A stretch of DNA of 64,000 bases. It comes from Coleofasciculus chthonoplastes F2-STO-03. Its GTDB lineage: Bacteria > Cyanobacteriota > Cyanobacteriia > Cyanobacteriales > Coleofasciculaceae. The stretch is from the NCBI GenBank assembly GCA_040222015.1, contig JAVJWO010000130.1:1-64000 (forward strand), written 5' to 3'. A program made the translations under genes and the position numbers. The notes under the pieces are model-generated. The model was not told the origin of the DNA and did no database searches. It saw only the letters and a list, made by a program, of their open reading frames with translations. Shown here piece by piece: positions 9,755-20,465 of the stretch (position 1 is the first letter of the stretch; the number at the start of each line of letters is the position of its first letter).

Positions 9755-11143
9755 GTGACGGAACAAACAACGTGGAGTCAGCGATTTGAATCGGCACTAC
9801 ATCCGGCGATCGCAGGTTTTAATGCCAGTATTGGGTTTGATATCGAGCTGATTGAGTATGATCTGACGGGTTCGGTGGCTCATGGGAAGATGCTGGCACA
9901 CACTGGGATTATTTCAGCCGCTGAAGCGGAACAACTGGTGAACGGGTTAGAACAAATTCGTTCAGAATACCGCCAGGGAAAATTTAATCCCGGTATTGAT
10001 GCCGAGGACGTTCATTTTGCCGTGGAACGACGCCTGACGGAACTTGTGGGGGATGTGGGGAAAAAGCTACACACGGCGCGATCGCGAAATGACCAAGTTG
10101 GCACAGATACCCGACTCTATTTGCGGGATCAAATTAGCCAAATTCGGACTCAGTTACGACAGATGCAAGGAGTTTTGTTGACTCTGGCTGAATCCCATGT
10201 CGAAACCCTCATCCCTGGTTACACCCATCTCCAACGCGCCCAGCCGTTGAGTTTAGCCCATCATTTGCTGGCGTATTGGGAAATGTTACAGCGGGATTGG
10301 CAACGATTGGGGGAAATTTACCAGCGGGTGAATATTTCTCCTTTGGGCTGTGGGGCGCTAGCGGGGACAACATTCCCGATTGATCGGCACTACAGCGCCT
10401 CCTTGCTGGACTTTGGTGATGTTTATCGTAATAGTTTAGATGGGGTGAGCGATCGCGACTTTGCCATTGAATTTTTGACGGCGGCGAGTCTGATTATGGT
10501 TCATTTGAGCCGACTGTCGGAGGAAATTATTCTCTGGGCGTCTCAGGAGTTTGGCTTTGTTACCCTCAAGGACAATTGCTCGACGGGTTCGAGTATTATG
10601 CCGCAAAAGAAGAACCCGGATGTGCCGGAATTGGTACGGGGTAAAACGGGGCGGGTGTTTGGGCATCTGCAAGCCATGTTGGTGCTGATGAAGGGATTGC
10701 CTTTGGCGTATAACAAGGATTTGCAGGAGGATAAGGAGGCACTCTTTGACAGCGTGAAAACCGTTAAAGGATGTCTGGAAGCCATGACAATTCTGTTGCG
10801 GGAGGGATTAGAGTTTTGTCCTCCCCGTCTCGCCTCAGCCGTGGCGGAAGATTTCTCCAACGCTACCGATGTGGCGGATTATTTGGCAAGTAAAGGGATT
10901 CCGTTCCGAGAAGCTTATAACCTGGTGGGTAAAGTGGTGAGAACTTGTCTAGGGGCGGGTAAACTGCTGAAAGACTTAACGGTGTCAGAGTGGAAAGAAA
11001 TCCATCCTGCCTTTGATGAGGATATTTACGACGCGATCGCACCCACTCAGGTGGTTTCTGCCCGTAACAGTTACGGGGGAACAGGATTTGAGCAGGTACG
11101 ACGCGCCTTGGCTCAAGCCCAGGAGCGGATGGTAGGTTTGTAG
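9755..11143 (+). CDS. argH: Argininosuccinate lyase
   Basis: [44 protein letters not shown]. Confidence 0.97.
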   Translation: MTEQTTWSQRFESALHPAIAGFNASIGFDIELIEYDLTGSVAHGKMLAHTGIISAAEAEQLVNGLEQIRSEYRQGKFNPGIDAEDVHFAVERRLTELVGDVGKKLHTARSRNDQVGTDTRLYLRDQISQIRTQLRQMQGVLLTLAESHVETLIPGYTHLQRAQPLSLAHHLLAYWEMLQRDWQRLGEIYQRVNISPLGCGALAGTTFPIDRHYSASLLDFGDVYRNSLDGVSDRDFAIEFLTAASLIMVHLSRLSEEIILWASQEFGFVTLKDNCSTGSSIMPQKKNPDVPELVRGKTGRVFGHLQAMLVLMKGLPLAYNKDLQEDKEALFDSVKTVKGCLEAMTILLREGLEFCPPRLASAVAEDFSNATDVADYLASKGIPFREAYNLVGKVVRTCLGAGKLLKDLTVSEWKEIHPAFDEDIYDAIAPTQVVSARNSYGGTGFEQVRRALAQAQERMVGL

Positions 11144-11295
11144 TCAGCGCTTTAGCGCTAGATGGCACTAAAGTGCCGACTACGAACCCCTATATGTTCA
11201 AAACTATCTCCTCGAAGGTTGTAATCGGGTCAAAACTTCCCAGATTCCGGTACACTTTGGAATGGTTCATCCTATTAAAATTACTAGCAGCAATA

Positions 11296-11490
11296 ATGGA
11301 AATTGGTCAAAAAGTTCAAGTCTGTCGTCTCAGAGACCGGGTGTCGGGCGACATCGTTACTAAACTAGGGAAAGTTGGCATCGTCAAAGATTTTAAAATG
11401 ACAGATGGCAGCGGTGTTGGTGCGATCGTCGAATTTGACGACAACACGGCAACCTGGTTTTTTGAAGATGAACTCAAACCCGTCAGTTAG
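11296..11490 (+). CDS. petP: Cytochrome b6f-associated PetP (DUF2862)
   Basis: MEIGQKV.V.RLRDRV...TDGSGVG..VEFDD..TWFFEDEL; start moved to the ATG at 11296. Confidence 0.85.
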   Translation: MEIGQKVQVCRLRDRVSGDIVTKLGKVGIVKDFKMTDGSGVGAIVEFDDNTATWFFEDELKPVS

Positions 11491-11522
11491 TGACGACTTC
11501 CCCAGCAGCGTCCAGCAAAACT

Positions 11523-12623
11523 ATGGCTTTTATTCTCACCTTTTTAGGCAAAGGCGGCACCGGTCGTACCACAATTGCGATCGCGGCGGCTAAAAAGTTC
11601 GCAAATCTTGGTCAGCGTGTCCTTTTAGTCGGGCAAGATCCTACCCCGGCGTTTGGACTGTTACTGGGAACATTCCCCAGGGCTGATCCGACGGAGGTGG
11701 AACCGAATCTGAAAGCGGTTCAGCTTCAGTCTACCCTCCTCCTGGAACAGAGTTGGGACGAGGTGAAAAAGCTAGAGGCGGAGTATTTGCGATCGCCAAC
11801 GCTGAAAAATGTCTATGGTCAAGAATTGGGCATTTTACCGGGGATGGATAGTGCGTTAGCCCTGAATGCGATTCGCGAGTACGACGCCAGTGGTGAGTAT
11901 GATGTGATTATCTACGATGGCAGCGGCGATCAAGCCACATTGAGGATGCTGGGGATGCCAGAAATTCTCAGTTGGTATTTTCGCCGCTTTCGCCAAATCT
12001 TTACGGAGTCGGATCTGGGTAAGGCGATTTCCCCATTTATCCAACCCGTTACCAGTGCGATTCTTAATGTGACCTGGACACCCGACGACTTTGCCAACAA
12101 ACCGACTCAGCAAACTAACCAAATGCTGGAGCAGGGTAAAACCGCTGTGGCTGATCCGAATCGGGTGGCGGCGTATTTGGTGACAACCGGGGACACGGCG
12201 GCTTTAGCGACGGCTAAATATTTCTGGGGTAGCGCCCAGCAGGTTAATCTGACGGTGGGGGGGGTTCTGTTGAACCAAATTCCAGCAACGGAAGCGTTAG
12301 CCGCTGATTTTGCCCCGTTAACGGTTAGCGCTTTGCCCCAGTTATCTCAGGTGGCTGATTGGCAACCGTTGATGGATGCTTTGCCTGATTTTAAACAAGC
12401 GGTGGAAGCGCCTAAACCGATTAGCATAGATGTGGCAAATCGTCAAGTCAGTTTATTTTTACCGGGCTTCGACAAAAAGCAGGTGAAACTCACCCAATAT
12501 GGTCCAGAGGTGACAATTGAAGCGGGCGATCAGCGGCGTAATATTTGGCTTCCGCCCCAATTAAGCGGTCAAGCTGTGAAAGGGGCGAAGTTCCAAGATC
12601 GGCATTTAATTATTTCGTTCTGA
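11523..12623 (+). CDS. ArsA/Get3-like ATPase with C-terminal alpha-crystallin-like domain
   Basis: TFLGKGGTGRTT deviant P-loop, GQELG.LPGMD, C-terminal LPGFDKKQVKLTQ.GPE..IEAGDQRRNI. Confidence 0.88.
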   Translation: MAFILTFLGKGGTGRTTIAIAAAKKFANLGQRVLLVGQDPTPAFGLLLGTFPRADPTEVEPNLKAVQLQSTLLLEQSWDEVKKLEAEYLRSPTLKNVYGQELGILPGMDSALALNAIREYDASGEYDVIIYDGSGDQATLRMLGMPEILSWYFRRFRQIFTESDLGKAISPFIQPVTSAILNVTWTPDDFANKPTQQTNQMLEQGKTAVADPNRVAAYLVTTGDTAALATAKYFWGSAQQVNLTVGGVLLNQIPATEALAADFAPLTVSALPQLSQVADWQPLMDALPDFKQAVEAPKPISIDVANRQVSLFLPGFDKKQVKLTQYGPEVTIEAGDQRRNIWLPPQLSGQAVKGAKFQDRHLIISF

Positions 12624-12624
12624 T

Positions 12625-12684
12625 TGTCTTATGTCATTCGTCATTTGTCTTATGTCATTTGTCATTCGTCATTTGTCATTCGTC
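12625..12684. repeat. Heptamer STRR array (TCATTTG/TCATTCG)
   Basis: Tandem gtcattt/gtcattc units right after the arsA-like stop. Confidence 0.85.
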
Positions 12685-12708
12685 GGGGCGGGTGTAGGGT
12701 GCGTTAGC

Positions 12709-12846
12709 GGAGCGTAACGCACCATTTCAAAGGAGCGTAATGCACCATTTCAAAGGAGCGTAATGCACCATTTCAAAGGAGCGTAATGCACCATTTCAAA
12801 GGAGCGTAATGCACCATTTCAAAGGAGCGTAATGCACCATTTCAAA
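12709..12846. repeat. 23-bp tandem repeat, 6 copies, derived from a REP-like arm
   Basis: (GGAGCGTAATGCACCATTTCAAA)6; the first unit is the right arm of GTAGGGTGCGTTAGCGGAGCGTAACGCACC. Confidence 0.92.
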
Positions 12847-12966
12847 CGATAATAGTTAAACCTGCCTCTACGTATTGGTTAGGGCGGGTTTTGTACAAAC
12901 GTTACCATCAATACCCATAAGGAAATCCCTAAACCCGCCCCTACACACTCAACACTTAATACTAAA

Positions 12967-13947
12967 ATGTCTAACTCTCCCTCAACCGAACAAACCGATA
13001 AAACGGGTAAAACTCGGCAACTTCTAGGCATGAAAGGTGCCGCCCCAGGGGAAAAATCTATCTGGAAAATTCGTCTCCAGTTAATGAAACCGATTACCTG
13101 GATTCCTCTAATCTGGGGGGTTGTCTGTGGCGCGGCGTCGGGAGGTGGATATACCTGGACGCTGGAAGATATTCTGAGAGCGGTGACGTGTATGTTACTG
13201 TCCGGTCCGTTGATGGCGGGGTATACCCAAACCTTGAATGACTTTTATGATCGTGAACTGGATGCGATTAATGAACCCTACCGCCCAATTCCCTCTGGGG
13301 CAATTTCGGTTCCCCAAGTGATGACTCAGATTGTGGTGTTATTGCTGGCGGGTATTGCCGTGGCGTATGGGTTAGATCAATGGTCAGGACATGAATTTCC
13401 AATCTTAACCTGTTTAACACTTTTTGGAGGGTTTATCGCCTATATTTACTCAGCGCCGCCATTGAAGTTGAAAAAGAATGGTTGGCTAGGAAACTATGCC
13501 CTCGGTTCGAGTTATATTGCCCTGCCGTGGTGGGCGGGTCATGCTTTATTTGGGGATCTGAATTGGACGATTGTGATTCTTACCCTAATTTATAGTCTGG
13601 CAGGTTTAGGCATTGCCGTGGTGAATGACTTTAAGAGTGTGGAAGGCGATCGTCAATTGGGGTTGAAGTCTATCCCGGTGATGTTTGGTGTGGGGACAGC
13701 GGCTTGGATTTGTGTGCTGATGATTGATATTTTTCAAGCCGGGATTGCGGGGTATTTAATTAGCATTCATCAAAATCTCTATGCGGCAATCCTGCTGCTG
13801 TTAATTGTGCCTCAGATTACCTTTCAGGATATGTATTTTCTGCGATCGCCCTTGGAAAATGATGTGAAATATCAAGCCAGCGCTCAACCGTTTTTGGTTC
13901 TGGGGATGCTGGTTGCAGGGTTAGCGTTAGGTCATGCGGGGATTTAG
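12967..13947 (+). CDS. chlG: Chlorophyll synthase
   Basis: RQLLGMKGA, WKIRLQLMKPITWIPL, ND.YDR..DAINEPYRPIPSG, NDVKYQASAQPF. Confidence 0.97.
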   Translation: MSNSPSTEQTDKTGKTRQLLGMKGAAPGEKSIWKIRLQLMKPITWIPLIWGVVCGAASGGGYTWTLEDILRAVTCMLLSGPLMAGYTQTLNDFYDRELDAINEPYRPIPSGAISVPQVMTQIVVLLLAGIAVAYGLDQWSGHEFPILTCLTLFGGFIAYIYSAPPLKLKKNGWLGNYALGSSYIALPWWAGHALFGDLNWTIVILTLIYSLAGLGIAVVNDFKSVEGDRQLGLKSIPVMFGVGTAAWICVLMIDIFQAGIAGYLISIHQNLYAAILLLLIVPQITFQDMYFLRSPLENDVKYQASAQPFLVLGMLVAGLALGHAGI

Positions 13948-13954
13948 CTTATCC

Positions 13955-14004
13955 GGCGATTCATCCCACGCTCAAATCTTCGATTGAGCGTGGGTTGTAT
14001 CGCC
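13955..14004. terminator. Long hairpin after chlG (terminator or IS200/IS605-end-like palindrome)
   Basis: GGCGAT..CCCACGCTCAA-loop-TTGAGCGTGGG..ATCGCC followed by an A/T-rich tract. Confidence 0.55.
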
Positions 14005-14162
14005 AGTTTATTATTTACATTGATCTTTAGTTTTTAGTTGCGCTGTCTTCGCCATAAACGCATCGCTAGAATACCCAAAATGTTCCCAACTTCAACGGGC
14101 GACCCGAGTCCATTAAGGGGATACAGTTGTTAATTTGTGCAAGCGGGTCGCCCCTACAGGTT

Positions 14163-14287
14163 ATACCAAATCTGCCTTTATCACCCCATGCAAGAGGAGG
14201 CGATTGAAATCGCTGCTACACAAACCTAGTCCGCGCAGGCGGACTAGGCTATAACTATAACGGGGGTAGCTAACCCGGATTTGGTAT
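14163..14287. mobile_element. MITE-like element
   Basis: ATACCAAATC ... GATTTGGTAT terminal inverted repeats with internal palindromes; a matching end also occurs near 23070. Confidence 0.6.
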
Positions 14288-14544
14288 TATTTCTCCCTGT
14301 CATCCCCACGGAAAGGATGCTGACCAACTGCCAGTTCTTGTTTACTCTGTCTCAAATTATGCCACAACTCTTTAATTTGTTTATAGGCGGCTTCGGCTTC
14401 AACTTTACCGGCTGTTTCTAAGTTGCAGATATAGTTTACCTTTTGCGCGAATTCCTGTAAATTGGCATTAAACACCAAATTTTCTGGCTTGACATCGCCG
14501 TAGTAGCGACTGCGTGGATATAAAAACTCATTTCTATCAGTCAT
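14287..14544 (-). CDS. Conserved small cyanobacterial protein (FLYPRSRYYG...NANLQEFAQ family)
   Basis: 85 aa with a motif recalled as conserved in cyanobacteria; AAGGAG RBS. Confidence 0.8.
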   Translation of the reverse strand: MTDRNEFLYPRSRYYGDVKPENLVFNANLQEFAQKVNYICNLETAGKVEAEAAYKQIKELWHNLRQSKQELAVGQHPFRGDDREK

Positions 14545-14952
14545 TTTGATCTCCTTTGATAAAAGCTATTGTCGATAAACTACAATCTAATTCCCCTCTA
14601 GTGCAGTGCTGCGGAAATACTTGAGCCGCTTCGTAGATACGATGAAGCTGGGGGAGATATTAGCTGCTGGCGTTATTTCTACCTTCTTGCACTAAACTAA
14701 CGCGGCGCAAGTTTCCCATCAGCGAAGTGGATCACAGATTACAACTGAGGAGTCAACGCCTCACGGATGGGTATTGAGTCTAGTCCAGTCCTCTGTAGCC
14801 AAGACAAAAATTCAAGGACAGCGTCTAAGATCTTTGCCATCCTCATCTGACTGGTGAATAATTAATGGTACAAATTTTTTAGACTCCCACCATCTACTAT
14901 TGTAGTGAATTTGAACTCAACTACCCAGCATCGCCCTGGGGGACAGCCTGAA

Positions 14953-14979
14953 GTAGGGGTTTGGTGACCAAACCCCTAC
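14953..14979. repeat. GTAG-type REP-like palindrome
   Basis: GTAGGGGTTTGGTGACCAAACCCCTAC. Confidence 0.8.
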
Positions 14980-15022
14980 TGCACTATCCTGATTCAATGA
15001 ATCTATCGAACCAACTCTGATT

Positions 15023-15757
15023 ATGTCTCAACCGCAAAAACTATACGAAGGCAAAGCCAAAATCCTTTATCCGACTGAAGATCCAGAGATACTCCTCACC
15101 GTCTACAAAGATGATGCAACTGCCTTTAATGCCCAAAAGCGAGGTCAAATCGTCGGTAAAGGCGAAATGAATTGCGCGATCGCGGCTCACTTGTTTAAGT
15201 TTCTGGAATCTCAAGGCATTCGTACCCATTTCATTGACTGTCCCACCCCTAACCAGATGCGCGTCAAGCGGGTGACAATATTACCTGTGGAAGTTGTGGT
15301 CAGGAACATTGCGGCGGGGAGTCTGTGTCAACAAACTGGATTACCTCTGGGCAAAATTCTGCCCCAGCCCCTCGTGGAATTTTACTATAAGAAGGACGAA
15401 TTAGGAGATCCCTTGCTCACTCGCGATCGCTTATTACTCCTTGAACTGGCAACACCCGACCAACTCAACCAGTTAGACCAACTGGCATTACAAGTTAACC
15501 AGAGTCTCACCGCCTTTTTTCAAGGCTGCGGCATTACCCTGGTGGACTTTAAGCTAGAATTCGGCATTGATGCCAACCAACAGTTGCTCTTAGCCGATGA
15601 AATTAGCCCCGATACCTGTCGTCTGTGGAACCAAGCAGAAACTGATCCCCAACAGCGCGTCATGGACAAAGATCGCTTTCGTCGGGATCTCGGACAGGTT
15701 GAACAAGCCTATCAGCAAGTTCTCAAGCGAGTGCTAGCCCAAGACAGCAGAAAGTAG
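15023..15757 (+). CDS. purC: SAICAR synthetase
   Basis: LYEGKAK, KDDATAFNA, VVVRNIAAGS, LVDFKLEFG, LADEISPDTCRLW, DKDRFR. Confidence 0.97.
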   Translation: MSQPQKLYEGKAKILYPTEDPEILLTVYKDDATAFNAQKRGQIVGKGEMNCAIAAHLFKFLESQGIRTHFIDCPTPNQMRVKRVTILPVEVVVRNIAAGSLCQQTGLPLGKILPQPLVEFYYKKDELGDPLLTRDRLLLLELATPDQLNQLDQLALQVNQSLTAFFQGCGITLVDFKLEFGIDANQQLLLADEISPDTCRLWNQAETDPQQRVMDKDRFRRDLGQVEQAYQQVLKRVLAQDSRK

Positions 15758-16061
15758 AAGGCAGAGGACAGAACGCTGTAAGGTTTAGGATGTCTGCTTT
15801 TTTCTGTGCTGGTTAACGACTAGGTATGGGTAGCCAAGCCGTGCTAGAGAGACTTAATGGCTTAAGTAGTAAGCGAGGTGATAAAAATCCTGGTATTTTG
15901 TCCTTTATCAGTTAAGTACTGACTGCTTAAGTTTAAAGCAACTTGAGGTCAAGTCCTAAGTCAACTTAACCGAGCTTGTTAAGCAGCCAATCGCTCAACT
16001 GAGTAACAAGCAGTGGACAACGGATAAAAGCTGAAAGCTGATCGCAATCTTTGCAATCAAC

Positions 16062-16073
16062 GTGGTGTGTGGA
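16062..16073 (+). promoter_or_regulatory. Candidate Yfr1 sRNA target site in the bamA 5' leader
   Basis: GTGGTGTGTGGA is complementary, with one mismatch, to the recalled Yfr1 motif UCCUCACACCAC and ends 22 nt before the ATG. Confidence 0.55.
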
Positions 16074-16095
16074 CGTGTCAAAAAATCTGAGGATC

Positions 16096-18567
16096 ATGCG
16101 CTTATCTCCTTTATTAACGGCAATTCTAGCTGTAACGGCTAGCATTGGTTTATCAAATTCCCCTAGCCATGGGCAAACGACTGACCAGTCAATCCGGGAC
16201 TTTGACCCCAGTCAACGAGATGGGTTAAAAGACCATGAGAAAATGGGGATACCAGACTACCCCGAAGCAATAACGGCTCAACATTGGCTGAGTGAAGCAG
16301 TTAATGAAACCAACGCATCGACAACAAACAGTCCTAGACGTGAGCCAGAATCGATTTTCCAGCCGATTCAGGACAATCCAGCGATTCATAAAATTGAGGT
16401 GGATTCAACGCCATTAACATCGGTTCAACCAACACATCAGGGGGGAGTTGATCACCATAGTGTTGCTTCTCCTCGATTCGCTCAGGTTATTGACGAAACT
16501 CTAAAAGAAACCACCGCATCGACAACAGACAGTCCTAAAGGTGAGGCAGAATCAACCTCCCCGCCGATTCAGGTCAATTCGACACAACCAACAATTAACC
16601 CCACAACCCTAAATCATCTAGCCCTTCATACCATAGCGACGCCAACGGTGACGCCTACGCCTCCCCTAATTGCCCAAGTTCAAGTTCCCCCAACTGACGC
16701 ACCAACGCCGCCCGCCAATCAGCCAGAACCACGAGTCCTGGTCTCAGAAGTCGTCATTGACTTCCAGGATTACACTGGACCGCAAGAACAACTGGAAAAC
16801 GAGATTTTTCGCGCCATTAGCACTCGACCCGGATTAGCAACCACGCGCTCTCAGTTACAGCAAGATGTGAATGCTGTCTTTGCCACAGGTTTCTTCAGAA
16901 GTGTGGACGTTGTACCCCAAGATACTCCCTTGGGTGTGCGGATTACCTTTGTGGTCGAACCTAACCCCGTACTACGTCAGGTGGCGGTGAATACGGTTCC
17001 ACCAGAAGCCGAAGCGCGGGTTCTACCTCAGGAGGTGGTTGATCAGATCTTCCAAGAGCAATATGGTGAGATTCTCAACCTGAATGACCTGCAACAAGGC
17101 ATTCAACGATTAAATGAATGGTATCAAGCAGAAGGATATGACCTAGCTCAAGTGGTTGATGCCTCAGATGTCAATGATGATGGCATTGTCACCGTGACTG
17201 TGGCAGAAGGCGTGATTGAAGAGATTGCAGTACGCTATCTCGATGAAGAGGGAGAACCCATCCTGGGTGAGGAGGGTGAGCAAATTCGCTTACTCACGGC
17301 AGAGGATGAACCCATTGGCGGGCGTACCCGTCCCTTTATCATTACGCGAGAGATGCAATTGGATGAGGGTGATGTGTTTAACCGCCAAATTGCTGAACGG
17401 GATTTGCGACGTGTTTTTGGTCTCGGACTATTTGATGACGTGCGCCTGTCCTTTGCTCCCGGAACTGACCCCCGTCGAGTTGTGGTGGTAGTCGATGTGA
17501 TTGAGAAAAATACAGGCTCTCTGGCGGCTGGGGCGGGAGTTAGCTCCGCTAGTGGCTTATTTGGTACAGTTAGCTATCAGCAGCAAAACCTCGGTGGCAA
17601 TAATCAAACCCTGGGAGCAGAATTCCAGGTGGGAGAACGCGCCTTGCTGTTTGACCTGCGCTTTACAGACCCTTGGATTGCTGGCGATCCCTTCCGCACT
17701 TCCTATACCGTGAATGCCTTCCGCCGCCGCTCGATTTCCCTGATTTTCGACGGGGGTGATCCTGAGGTTGAACTCCCCAACGGCGATCGCCCTCGTGTGG
17801 TTCGTACAGGGGGTGGAGTCAACTTTACTCGTCCCTTATCCCGCGATCTCTATCGCCGTTCTGAATGGACAGCCTCAGCCGGATTTGAATTTCAAAATGT
17901 GTCGATTCGGGACTCTGATGGTGACCTGACTCCAGAGGATGAACTCGGAAACGATTTAAGCTTCAGTGGCGACGGTGAAGACGACTTGTTTACCCTGCAA
18001 CTGGGGGCGGTGCGCGATCGCCGCAATAATCCCCTACGACCCACTAGTGGTTCTCTGCTCAGATTCGGCGTTGAACAGACGATTCCTATTGGTCAAGGGA
18101 GTATCTTTCTCAATCGCCTACGCGGGAGTTACAGTTACTATCTTCCTGTAGAATTTACCGATTTCACTGAAGGAGCCGAAGCCCTTGCCTTTAACGTGCA
18201 AGCCGGAACCGCGATCGGAGACTTACCCCCCTACGAAGCCTTTTCCCTCGGTGGGAGTAACTCAGTGCGCGGTTACGATGAGGGAGAAGTGGGTTCAGGT
18301 CGCAGTTTTATCCAAGCCACCGCTGAATACCGTTTCCCGATTATCTCTGTGGTGGGCGGTGCTTTATTTGTTGACTTTGCCAGCGATCTCGGCACAGGTG
18401 ATGATGTACCTGGTGAACCTGCGATCGTTCGCGATAAACCCGGCACCGGCTTTGGCTATGGAATTGGTATCCGCGTTCAATCTCCCTTGGGTCCAATTCG
18501 TGTGGATTATGGGTTTAATGATGAGGGAGACAGCCGTCTCCATTTCGGTATTGGAGAACGCTTTTAA
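16096..18567 (+). CDS. bamA: BamA/Omp85 outer-membrane assembly factor
   Basis: Signal peptide, P/T-rich linker, POTRA domains, GG.NSVRGY motif and a terminal HFGIGERF. Confidence 0.95.
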   Translation: MRLSPLLTAILAVTASIGLSNSPSHGQTTDQSIRDFDPSQRDGLKDHEKMGIPDYPEAITAQHWLSEAVNETNASTTNSPRREPESIFQPIQDNPAIHKIEVDSTPLTSVQPTHQGGVDHHSVASPRFAQVIDETLKETTASTTDSPKGEAESTSPPIQVNSTQPTINPTTLNHLALHTIATPTVTPTPPLIAQVQVPPTDAPTPPANQPEPRVLVSEVVIDFQDYTGPQEQLENEIFRAISTRPGLATTRSQLQQDVNAVFATGFFRSVDVVPQDTPLGVRITFVVEPNPVLRQVAVNTVPPEAEARVLPQEVVDQIFQEQYGEILNLNDLQQGIQRLNEWYQAEGYDLAQVVDASDVNDDGIVTVTVAEGVIEEIAVRYLDEEGEPILGEEGEQIRLLTAEDEPIGGRTRPFIITREMQLDEGDVFNRQIAERDLRRVFGLGLFDDVRLSFAPGTDPRRVVVVVDVIEKNTGSLAAGAGVSSASGLFGTVSYQQQNLGGNNQTLGAEFQVGERALLFDLRFTDPWIAGDPFRTSYTVNAFRRRSISLIFDGGDPEVELPNGDRPRVVRTGGGVNFTRPLSRDLYRRSEWTASAGFEFQNVSIRDSDGDLTPEDELGNDLSFSGDGEDDLFTLQLGAVRDRRNNPLRPTSGSLLRFGVEQTIPIGQGSIFLNRLRGSYSYYLPVEFTDFTEGAEALAFNVQAGTAIGDLPPYEAFSLGGSNSVRGYDEGEVGSGRSFIQATAEYRFPIISVVGGALFVDFASDLGTGDDVPGEPAIVRDKPGTGFGYGIGIRVQSPLGPIRVDYGFNDEGDSRLHFGIGERF

Positions 18568-18604
18568 TCTCTCAGTCGGGGCGGGTTTAGTTGCATCTGG
18601 GTGA

Positions 18605-18656
18605 GAAATGACAAATGACAAATGACGAATGACGAATGACTAATGACTAATGACAA
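18605..18656. repeat. Heptamer STRR array (AATGACA/AATGACG/AATGACT)
   Basis: Tandem units running into the lpxC ATG. Confidence 0.85.
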
Positions 18657-19570
18657 ACTACACCTTGGGTGCTTATTTTGAACGATCAGGTATCGGATTG
18701 CACAGTGGGATCACTACCACTGTTCGCGTCTTGCCTGCTGTAGCGGGGACGGGACGTTATTTTGTCCGAGTTGACCTGCCAGGGACGCCTGTGATTCCAG
18801 CGCGAGTAGAGGCTGTCTCGACGACGATGCTTTCAACTCAGTTGAGGGCGGGAAACGGTGAGACTTGTGCCGACTCCGAGATGACGGTGAGGACAGTCGA
18901 ACACCTCCTCGCCGCCCTCGCTGGGAGTGGAGTTGATCATGCTTGTATTGAAATTGACGGACCCGAAGTTCCCCTGCTGGATGGTTCAGCATTGGCTTGG
19001 ATCAAAGCGATTCAGGAGGTAGGGATTGTTGAGAGTGAACGCCCACAACACTCGTCTCATCTCTCTTTCCTGGCTTCCCCGATTGTTATTGAGGAACCCA
19101 TCTGGATTTGTCAAGACGATGCCTTTGTCGCCGCCTTACCCGCACCGATCACCCGATTTACCTACGGCATTGATTTTGATAACCCAGCCATTGGCAATCA
19201 ATGGCATAGCTGGACACCGGAACAGGAGCATTTTGCTGACGCGATCGCACCTGCGCGAACCTTTGGTTTAGCCAATCAAGTTGACCAATTACGCGATCGC
19301 GGTTTAATTAAAGGCGGTAGCTTGGAGAATGCCCTAGTTTGCGACGATCAGGGCTGGTTGAATCCACCCTTGCGATTTGCAAATGAGCCAGTGCGTCATA
19401 AACTTTTAGATTTAGTAGGGGATTTGAGTTTATTGGGGAAATTTCCTCTCGCTCACGTCCTTGCCTACAAAGCCAGTCACAGTCTGCATATTCAATTGGC
19501 ACGATTACTGGCTCAACAAATCGGCGCAGGGGATGTCAGTCGTCAATCATCAGCCGTCATTGGCACTTGA
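18650..19570 (+). CDS. lpxC: UDP-3-O-acyl-GlcNAc deacetylase
   Basis: [44 protein letters not shown]. Confidence 0.96.
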   Translation: MTNYTLGAYFERSGIGLHSGITTTVRVLPAVAGTGRYFVRVDLPGTPVIPARVEAVSTTMLSTQLRAGNGETCADSEMTVRTVEHLLAALAGSGVDHACIEIDGPEVPLLDGSALAWIKAIQEVGIVESERPQHSSHLSFLASPIVIEEPIWICQDDAFVAALPAPITRFTYGIDFDNPAIGNQWHSWTPEQEHFADAIAPARTFGLANQVDQLRDRGLIKGGSLENALVCDDQGWLNPPLRFANEPVRHKLLDLVGDLSLLGKFPLAHVLAYKASHSLHIQLARLLAQQIGAGDVSRQSSAVIGT

Positions 19571-19734
19571 TCACCACTGGCAATTAAACCCTTGCTGCTC
19601 CAAGTTCCTTGTGTAGCGGATGCAAAACCAAATGACTAGGATTTAATCCGCTTGCCGTCTGGATACGTTTACAGATTCACTCACCTGGTCACTGAACGCT
19701 GCTCATTGGTACTCGTTTTTATCCTAATTTACTC

Positions 19735-20247
19735 ATGTCTACCTTGATTGACGTTAACACTCACGATGATTCCACTGACAATGCCAACTCTAATCAGTCT
19801 GAATCATCCACTCAAACAGTTTTCACAGTTGAAGACATTCATAAGATCCTGCCCCATCGCTATCCGTTTGCCTTAGTTGACCGCATTATTGAATATGTTC
19901 CGGGAAAGCTAGCGGTTGGTATCAAGAATGTCACGTTTAATGAACCCTATTTCCAAGGGCATTTTCCGGGACGACCGATGATGCCGGGGGTGATGATTGT
20001 AGAAGCAATGGCTCAAGTTGGTGGCATTGTTTTAAAACAAATGGCTGATATGGATAACGCCTTATTTGTTTTTGCCGGAATTGATAAAGTTCGCTTTCGT
20101 CGTCCTGTCGTACCGGGTGATCAACTGATCATGACGACGGAACTCATATCGGTCAAACGCCGTCGTTTTGGAAAGATGCAAGCTCGTGCAGTCGTTGACG
20201 ATCAGCGAGTTGCAGAAGGGGAATTGATGTTTTCTCTAGTCGAATAA
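19735..20247 (+). CDS. fabZ: 3-hydroxyacyl-ACP dehydratase
   Basis: [32 protein letters not shown]. Confidence 0.97.
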   Translation: MSTLIDVNTHDDSTDNANSNQSESSTQTVFTVEDIHKILPHRYPFALVDRIIEYVPGKLAVGIKNVTFNEPYFQGHFPGRPMMPGVMIVEAMAQVGGIVLKQMADMDNALFVFAGIDKVRFRRPVVPGDQLIMTTELISVKRRRFGKMQARAVVDDQRVAEGELMFSLVE

Positions 20248-20465
20248 ACCTCTCTGGCGCTATCCCCAATTCGGGTTAGCGCTCCCGGATTCTTTATCCT
20301 GTCGCACTTGAATTAATAGAGGCGTCGGTATAAATTATTATACCTGAAATTTCTGCGATCGCTTACCCTTATATTTAATCCTACGGCTCACCCAAATTTA
20401 CTATGTTCCCTGTTCAACCTCCCTTTGACGTACCAGCCTGTTCACAACTCAAATAGGATTGCTCT

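Noticed and set aside
11173..11295. Longer start for petP
   Set aside because: It begins in a dispersed repeat; the conserved protein starts MEIGQKV at 11296
12709..12846. CRISPR array
   Set aside because: The 23-bp units are directly adjacent with no unique spacers, and no cas genes are present
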